From Alphaproteobacteria bacterium (lineage in GTDB: Bacteria; Pseudomonadota; Alphaproteobacteria; UBA7887): a DNA stretch of 64,000 nt. Location of the stretch: contig OZ241752.1 in assembly GCA_965201155.1 (NCBI GenBank), positions 1,360,981 through 1,424,980 of the forward strand, given 5' to 3'. The position numbers and the translations under genes are program-made. Shown here piece by piece: positions 58,226 to 64,000 of this stretch. Below the pieces are notes generated by a model, which saw only the letters and a program-made list of their open reading frames with translations, ran no database searches and was not told the DNA's origin. How positions within the stretch are numbered: the first letter of the stretch is position 1; every line of letters starts with the position of its first letter.

Positions 58226-59239
58226 TCACATGTGCTCGCGTACCACCATTTCGGCGATTTGCACTGCGTTGAGCGCCGCACCCTTGCGCAGATTGTCTGC
58301 CACCACCCACAGATTCAGGCCGTAAGGCACGGTGTGGTCCTCACGCACGCGGCTGACAAGGATGTCGAACTCGCCCACGCAGTCGAGGGGCGTGGCGTAA
58401 AGCTCTTCGCCCGGGTCATCGACCAACTGGACGCCCGGCGCGATGGCCAGTGCATCGCGTGCGTCTTCAAGGTGGAGGGGTGTTTCGAACTCCACATTTA
58501 TCGCTTCAGCATGGCCGACAAACACCGGCACGCGCACGCATGTGGCGGAAACCAGGATTTCCGGATCCAGGATTTTCTGTGTCTCCTGCACCATCTTGCG
58601 CTCCTCGCCGGTGGCCCCGCCTTCGACAAAGCGGTCGATATGCGGGATGGCGTTGAAGGCGATGCGGCGCGGGAAAACCGCCGGCTCATGATGCTCGTGA
58701 AAATAGATTTTGCGCGTCTGGTCGAACAGTTCGTCCATGGCCGCCTTGCCGGCCCCCGAAACTGACTGATAGGTGGCGACGACAATGCGCTTGATGCGCG
58801 CGAGATCATGCAGCGGCTTCAGCGCCGCGACCATCTGGATGGTCGAGCAGTTGGGGTTGGCGATGATATTGCCGGGGCGAAAGCTCTCGAGCGCTTCGGG
58901 GTTCACTTCCGGCACCACCAGCGGCACGTCCGGCTCCATGCGGAACCGCGAACTGTTGTCGATGACGACGCATCCGGCGGCGGCGGCGACGGGGGCGTAG
59001 GTATCCGACACGGCGGCCCCGGGAGAAAACAGGCCGAGATCGATGCCTTCGAAATCAAAATCGTCGAGGCGGCGCACCGTCAGCGTGCGATCCTCGCCGA
59101 ACGACACTTCGCGCCCGGCGGAGCGGTCGGAGGACAGTGCAAACACTTCGTCGGCGGGGAATTCCCGTTCGGCGAGAATGGCGAGGATTTCCCGCCCGAC
59201 ATTGCCGGTGGCGCCGGCCACCGCGATCCGATATCCCAT
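58226..59239 (-). CDS. asd: aspartate-semialdehyde dehydrogenase
   Basis: MGYRIAVAGATGNVGRE..IANPNCSTIQMV.. . Start is ATG 59239. Confidence 0.95.
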   Translation of the reverse strand: MGYRIAVAGATGNVGREILAILAEREFPADEVFALSSDRSAGREVSFGEDRTLTVRRLDDFDFEGIDLGLFSPGAAVSDTYAPVAAAAGCVVIDNSSRFRMEPDVPLVVPEVNPEALESFRPGNIIANPNCSTIQMVAALKPLHDLARIKRIVVATYQSVSGAGKAAMDELFDQTRKIYFHEHHEPAVFPRRIAFNAIPHIDRFVEGGATGEERKMVQETQKILDPEILVSATCVRVPVFVGHAEAINVEFETPLHLEDARDALAIAPGVQLVDDPGEELYATPLDCVGEFDILVSRVREDHTVPYGLNLWVVADNLRKGAALNAVQIAEMVVREHM

Positions 59240-59604
59240 TTCTCTCCCGCCCCTTGTTCGGCTCCGGCGGATAGCAAATGACGCCGCCCCCGGCAAGGGT
59301 CTGCGGGAAATCTCGATCGGCCATTGTGAGGCTCAGGGCAGGCCGGCTGCGGCAGAGCACCGGCGCTGCATGATTCCCGGACGCGCGGGCGGACGCCGCA
59401 GGAGAACCGGCAGAGCGAGTCGCAGGAAGGCCGGAACGTGACCCGAATCATGTTGCAATGCAGAAAAACTCCCCGGAGACAAGACCCTGATATCAATTTG
59501 TTGCGGTTATGTTTTTCTCATCAGTGCTATTCCGAAGCGCTTTGTGGACTGAAAAACAGGAATATTTCTATTTTGGGGCTGGACAAGCGCGATCCTTCGC
59601 AATA

Positions 59605-59619
59605 GCAATGCTGCATTGC
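59605..59619. promoter_or_regulatory. perfect 7-1-7 palindrome GCAATGC-T-GCATTGC 17 nt upstream of aceA
   Basis: Read directly from the sequence. A related 14-nt arm sits at 59450-59463 (see findings). Confidence 0.3.
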
Positions 59620-59635
59620 AACATAGGGGCGAGCT

Positions 59636-60940
59636 ATGAGCCTAACCGAAGAGACAACCACTCTTGAGCAGCACTGGCGGGACGATCCCCGCTGGCAGGG
59701 AACAAGGCGCGGATATTCAGCCGCCGACGTTATACGCCTGCGCGGCTCGGTGCAGGTCGAGCATACACTGGCGCGGCGGGGCGCGGAACGATTGTGGGCC
59801 GCTCTCCAGACCGGGATCGGGGTCCGCGCACTCGGCGCTGTCACCGGCAATCAGGCGGTGCAAATGGCGAAGGCGGGGCTGCAATCCATCTATCTTTCAG
59901 GATGGCAGGTGGCGGCCGACGCCAACAATGCCGGGCAGATGTATCCCGACCAGAGCCTCTATCCCGCCGACAGCGCTCCTGATCTCATTCGCCGAATCAA
60001 TGGCGCGCTGGCTCGCGCCGACCAGATCCACCATGCCGAGGGCGACAATTCGATCGACTGGTTCCTGCCCATCCTCGCGGATGCGGAAGCCGGTTTCGGC
60101 GGCGTGCTGAATGCGTTCGAGCTCATGAAGGATATGATCGACGCGGGTGCGGCCGGCGTACATTTCGAGGACCAGCTCTCGTCGGCAAAGAAATGCGGCC
60201 ATATGGGCGGCAAGGTGGTGCTTCCGACCCGGGAAGCGGTGCAGAAGCTGATCGCAGCGCGCCTGGCGGCCGATGTCTGCGGCGTGCCTACCCTGCTGGT
60301 CGCGCGCACCGACGCGCTTGCCGCGAAACTGCTCACCAGCGATATCGATCCGAACGACGCACCCTTCGTCACCGGTGCGCGCACGGTTGAGGGTTTCTAC
60401 GAGGTGAGATGCGGCATGGACCAGGCGGTCTCGCGCGGGATCGCCTACGCGCCCTATGCGGATCTGATCTGGTGCGAGACCTCGAAGCCGGACCTCGGCG
60501 AGGCCCGCGAATTCGCGGAGGCAATCCGCGAGCGCTTCCCCGGCAAGATGCTGGCCTATAACTGTTCGCCCTCCTTCAACTGGAAGGCGAAGCTCGACGA
60601 CGCAATGGTTGCGAGATTCCAGGATTCCCTGGCAGAGATGGGATACCGGTACCAGTTCATCACGCTCGCCGGCTTCCATGCCATCAATTACGGCATGTTC
60701 GAGCTGGCTCGCGGCTATCGCCAGGGCGCAATGAGCGCCTATGTCGCACTGCAGGAAGCGGAGTTCGCGGCCGAGCCGCTGGGTTACACCGCCCACAGGC
60801 ACCAGCGCGAAGTGGGCGCGGGCTATTTCGACGCCGTTACCCAGACCGTGACCGGCGGGGCAAGCTCGATCGCAGCCCTTGCCGGTTCGACAGAGGAAGA
60901 GCAGTTCGAAGCGGCGCGGGCGGAAATCGCCGCCGAATAA
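59636..60940 (+). CDS. aceA: isocitrate lyase
   Basis: [10 protein letters not shown] active-site motif. 434 aa. Confidence 0.96.
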   Translation: MSLTEETTTLEQHWRDDPRWQGTRRGYSAADVIRLRGSVQVEHTLARRGAERLWAALQTGIGVRALGAVTGNQAVQMAKAGLQSIYLSGWQVAADANNAGQMYPDQSLYPADSAPDLIRRINGALARADQIHHAEGDNSIDWFLPILADAEAGFGGVLNAFELMKDMIDAGAAGVHFEDQLSSAKKCGHMGGKVVLPTREAVQKLIAARLAADVCGVPTLLVARTDALAAKLLTSDIDPNDAPFVTGARTVEGFYEVRCGMDQAVSRGIAYAPYADLIWCETSKPDLGEAREFAEAIRERFPGKMLAYNCSPSFNWKAKLDDAMVARFQDSLAEMGYRYQFITLAGFHAINYGMFELARGYRQGAMSAYVALQEAEFAAEPLGYTAHRHQREVGAGYFDAVTQTVTGGASSIAALAGSTEEEQFEAARAEIAAE

Positions 60941-60959
60941 CGAGAACTGCCGCCGTTAC

Positions 60960-60991
60960 CGCGCCGGGGGCCTCCTACTTCCCCCGGCGCG
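60960..60991. terminator. perfect 11-bp stem hairpin between convergent genes
   Basis: CGCGCCGGGGG-(10 nt)-CCCCCGGCGCG lies between the aceA stop (60940) and the stop of the minus-strand gene (61023). Confidence 0.5.
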
Positions 60992-61022
60992 GGCGCTGCA
61001 CCCGACATGGCGCCGGGACTGC

Positions 61023-62153
61023 CTATTCGTCGTCGTCGCTTGCAAGTTCGCGAATGGCAGCGTTGATCAGGCGCCAGCGCTGCCCGATACGTTCGAGGTC
61101 GCCGGTGACGATCACCGGGTTACGCGCGTCATGAGCGCGGATAGCTACAGAATAGTTGTGTTGGTCGAGCAGGGCGCTGACCGACTGGGTGTTCCCCTCC
61201 ATGTCCACCTTGAAGGTGACTTGTCCCTCGGGCTCGTGTTCGCCCCGGGTTAATTTGTGCACGGTGCCGAAAAGTTTCGCATCCGGTTCGGGTTCACGGG
61301 CAAGGAAGGTGCGTGCGGCCTCCTTGAAGCCACCGGCGTCACTTTCGGAAAACCGGATGCGGCGGCGAGTCTCGGGAGTCGGTCGGGTCCTCGCCCAGCT
61401 TACGCTGACCTCCAACCCGCCGGCTCCGTCCAGGAGTTTGGCGACGGCGTCGCACAGGTTAGCGCTCACGCCCGCCTGTACCGCTCGTTCAAATGCTTCC
61501 GAGCCCTCGCCCGAATGCGCAATCTCCGCGGCACGGCGCGATGCTTCGAGCGCCTCGACAAGACGGTGGGTAACCTGGCGTTCATAGGGTTCGTCACCGA
61601 AATCGGTCCAGGACGGGTCCAGCATGGGCTGAAGCACCGGCGGCACCGGGGCCAGCATCGTGATGACAAAACTCCCATGCTCGGTCTGGCCCAGCCTTAC
61701 ATGCTGCATGTATTCCGCAGCTTCGCGATTGGCGCCCGTGCGGTATACAGGCTGTGGTCTCGTCGTGGCGCAGGCAGCCGCCAGAAGCATCTCCCTGGCC
61801 TGTGCGACCATCCGGACGCCCGCGTTGATCGGGACGGAGCCGTCATGTTCGGGCGCTGTGGCGCGAACCCGTATGACGTCCCGGTCGGCGCCTGTCAGGT
61901 CACGATAGACCGCGAGTTCGTCCTGTTCATTCACTTCACAGAAGACGGCGATGAGGCGGGAGACGACCGACGCGTAATCGGCAAGGCGGTCGCTCCGCGG
62001 CAAGATGATCTCGGGTTTGTCTTCGCCGATGTAAATGTCGGCATGATCCCCATATGGTTCCGCCTTCGCCCACCCCTCGCCTCGCGCATAAGCGGCAAGA
62101 GCCGCAGGCGAAATCGCTGTCAGGGCACCCGGGTCGAGAATTCGTATTCTCAT
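61023..62153 (-). CDS. hypothetical protein (376 aa), no family recognised
   Basis: The long ORF has protein-like composition. ATG 62153 (MRIRILDPGALTAISPAALAAYARGEGW..) is preceded by GGGGGA at about 9 nt. Confidence 0.6.
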   Translation of the reverse strand: MRIRILDPGALTAISPAALAAYARGEGWAKAEPYGDHADIYIGEDKPEIILPRSDRLADYASVVSRLIAVFCEVNEQDELAVYRDLTGADRDVIRVRATAPEHDGSVPINAGVRMVAQAREMLLAAACATTRPQPVYRTGANREAAEYMQHVRLGQTEHGSFVITMLAPVPPVLQPMLDPSWTDFGDEPYERQVTHRLVEALEASRRAAEIAHSGEGSEAFERAVQAGVSANLCDAVAKLLDGAGGLEVSVSWARTRPTPETRRRIRFSESDAGGFKEAARTFLAREPEPDAKLFGTVHKLTRGEHEPEGQVTFKVDMEGNTQSVSALLDQHNYSVAIRAHDARNPVIVTGDLERIGQRWRLINAAIRELASDDDE

Positions 62154-62605
62154 GACAAGCTTCCCCCTCTGGCTCGGTTCATCCGAAGGCATAAACCATG
62201 ATCTTGTGGGCCGGCGTAAACGCCACCTGCGTTACACCCAATATATGCGCCGCTGCGGTCATCGCGCGTTCCGATGCTTCGATAACCCCACTCCTGATGA
62301 ACCCGTCGGGGCTGTCAAGCCGTTTTTCCGGAGAGCAGGCGCATCCTGCTTGCTTCGTATCGGTGGCATATTCTCGCGCAAGCGGGGTGAACGGCCGCTT
62401 TCGGCCCCCGAACTGCCGGTTCAAACACGTCGCTGCACACGATCATGCCGCCAGCAATGCACTGGATTTCAATAGCTGTTCCGTTTGCCGGGCACGGGGC
62501 GTGTTCGCCTGCCAGAAATTACCGCTTGCACGATGCCTTGATTTGCAACACGGACGGTGTCAGATTACTGCCCAGTACCCGCCGGCAGCGTGCTGTCGGC
62601 TCAAG

Positions 62606-62637
62606 GGCTGCTCCCCGGAGCAGCCTTTGCTTATTCT
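62606..62637 (+). terminator. orphan intrinsic-terminator-like hairpin
   Basis: GGCTGCTC-cccg-GAGCAGCC followed by TTTGCTTATTCT, with no annotated + strand gene upstream. Confidence 0.45.
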
Positions 62638-62804
62638 GGGGGGCGACAGCGCAAGGGGCTGTGCCCGCCTGACAGCATTTCCGGTTCGTGCGAGCGATTG
62701 AAAGCGATCGCCGACGGCAGTATTATTGCGGCAGTCGCATCCCGCAGGACGTAGCGACCGAGCGGCGGCGCTCGCGCGAAATCTCGAAGACAGGAGTCCG
62801 AACC

Positions 62805-63566
62805 ATGCGAAACTGGCTCATTGCAGTCGGCGTGGCGCTGATGGCGGCGCCGGCGGGCGGCGTCCCCACGGATCCGCTGGCCTCCCCTGCCTGGGACGAT
62901 GTGCGGGAAGAATTCTTCGGCGGTGACGCGCTGGTGTTCGACGACATGGTGGGCCTGGCCATGCCCGCCGATGTCGAAAACGCCTTTGACGTACCGCTGG
63001 CGGTCACCCTGTCGCCGGCGCTCATCGATGTGCGGGAAGTTGTCGTCATTGCTGAAAACAACCCGATCCGCCATGTCGCGCGCCTGATCCCGCACCGCAA
63101 TATCGAGGCGGTCGGCCTCAAGATTCGCCTTGAGACCTCGGGTCCCGTTCGCGCCGCCGCGCTGGACGGCGAGGGGGTGTGGCATGTCGGCTCCACCTGG
63201 GCCAATGTGCTGACTCCCGGTGGCTGCTCGGCGCCGCCGCCGCTCGAAGGCGACGGACCTTCCAGCCGCGTCGGCGAGATCGCCATGCGCTCGTTCGACC
63301 GCGAAGACGGTTCCAGCCGCCTCAAATTCCGCATCATTCATCCGATGGATACGGGCTTCGCAATGACACCGGCGGGCGATGTCATCCCGCCCTATTTCGT
63401 CGAAACCATCGAAGTGTTCGACGACCATGGCGTGGTTCTCGAACTTGTGACCGCCGCCGCCATGGCGCCGGACCCGATTTTCACCATCGACATGCCGGGC
63501 CTGGACCAGGGCCTGCATATCAGCGCATGGGACAGCAAGGGCCTGCAATTCGAGGCGTTCCGTTGA
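62805..63566 (+). CDS. fused SoxY-SoxZ-like carrier protein (paralog 3)
   Basis: CAGGAG precedes ATG 62805. Signal peptide, ..NVLTPGGCS.. and ..IIHPMDTGF.. . Confidence 0.8.
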   Translation: MRNWLIAVGVALMAAPAGGVPTDPLASPAWDDVREEFFGGDALVFDDMVGLAMPADVENAFDVPLAVTLSPALIDVREVVVIAENNPIRHVARLIPHRNIEAVGLKIRLETSGPVRAAALDGEGVWHVGSTWANVLTPGGCSAPPPLEGDGPSSRVGEIAMRSFDREDGSSRLKFRIIHPMDTGFAMTPAGDVIPPYFVETIEVFDDHGVVLELVTAAAMAPDPIFTIDMPGLDQGLHISAWDSKGLQFEAFR

Positions 63567-64000
63567 TCGGCCGCACCGCAATCCTGCATCTGGCGGCGCT
63601 GCTCGCCGTCAGCCTGTGCGCTGCTGAAACCTTCGCGCGCGGCGACAGCTACCGCCTGAACCCGGAAGAGATCGCCCCCGGCGTCTATGTGTTCTGGGGC
63701 GCGCAGGAAGGCTATCTCGCCCGCAACGGGGGCAATATCGTCAATACCGGGTTCATTGTCGGTACGCGGAGCGTGTTGGCGATCGACGCCGGCCCCACCC
63801 GCCTCTACGCCGAACAGATGATCGACGCCATTCGCCGCGTCACCGACAAGCCCATCCGCTACGCCGTCATCACCCACCACCATCCCGACCATTCCTTCGG
63901 TATCCAGCCGTTCAAGCGCGCCAACGCGCGTGTATGGATGCACCCGGCCGGCTACGCATTGCTGGAACGCGACGGCCCGGCGCTGCTGCAATTCATGCAG
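63563..64000 (+). CDS. SoxH-like MBL-fold hydrolase (N-terminal part; runs off right edge)
   Basis: TTG 63563 overlaps the upstream stop (TTGA). The frame stays open to the window end: ..EEIAPGVYVFWGAQEG..ITHHHPDHSFG.. . It is about 55% identical by eye to the 52068..53027 product and is absent from the ORF track because no stop lies in the window. Confidence 0.8.
   Translation, partial: MIGRTAILHLAALLAVSLCAAETFARGDSYRLNPEEIAPGVYVFWGAQEGYLARNGGNIVNTGFIVGTRSVLAIDAGPTRLYAEQMIDAIRRVTDKPIRYAVITHHHPDHSFGIQPFKRANARVWMHPAGYALLERDGPALLQFMQ

Noticed and set aside
62198-62701. 167-aa + strand ORF in the spacer before SoxYZ-3
   Set aside because: It is a Cys/Ala/Ser/Arg-rich low-complexity translation with no Shine-Dalgarno sequence and no motifs. 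I treat it as non-coding, although the region is flagged for a possible sRNA or leader.

Overview
This is a high-GC bacterial chromosome segment; core genes look about 65-70% GC by eye, with strong GC3 bias. Gene content and neighbourhoods (NDUFA12-like + DUF2155 + MlaD, COQ9-like, RppH, PlsY, SecB) suggest an alphaproteobacterium, which is inference. I can support about 75 features. Housekeeping content includes ilvHC, purEK, def, pyrB/pyrC/plsY and a Cys-type Tat-exported formate dehydrogenase operon with TorD/DUF3305/DUF3306 accessory genes. It also includes nadD-rsfS (one fused ORF)-gpmI-envC-ctpA, phoX, secB, lepA, asd, aceA, cytochromes c and c', and three fused SoxY-SoxZ-like carriers with two SoxH-like MBL hydrolases. 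Three accessory patches stand out by visibly lower GC, pseudogenes and mobile or toxin-antitoxin (TA) genes. (i) 20.9-26.5 kb holds an IS5-family element, an AT-rich spacer, an SDR gene and a ~2.9-kb islet bracketed by diverged ~240-bp direct repeats. The islet carries a DarG-type macrodomain gene followed, in reversed order with a 17-nt overlap, by a DarT-like ADP-ribosyltransferase gene that is split by a single in-frame TAA. This is my top candidate for a variant or undescribed TA/defence module. (ii) 41.2-48.9 kb holds a VapBC45-like pair, a TbpB-like lipoprotein, a decayed vapBC, an operon of unknown genes with a reading-frame conflict, and LPS glycosyltransferase genes. (iii) 61.0-62.8 kb holds an orphan gene and a 0.6-kb spacer with an orphan terminator-like hairpin. 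I recognised no rRNA, tRNA or CRISPR array. The supplied ORF track uses ATG/GTG/TTG and the most upstream start, so I trimmed many N-termini; the long antisense ORFs are high-GC artefacts. All family assignments come from motif recognition by eye, not from database searches.
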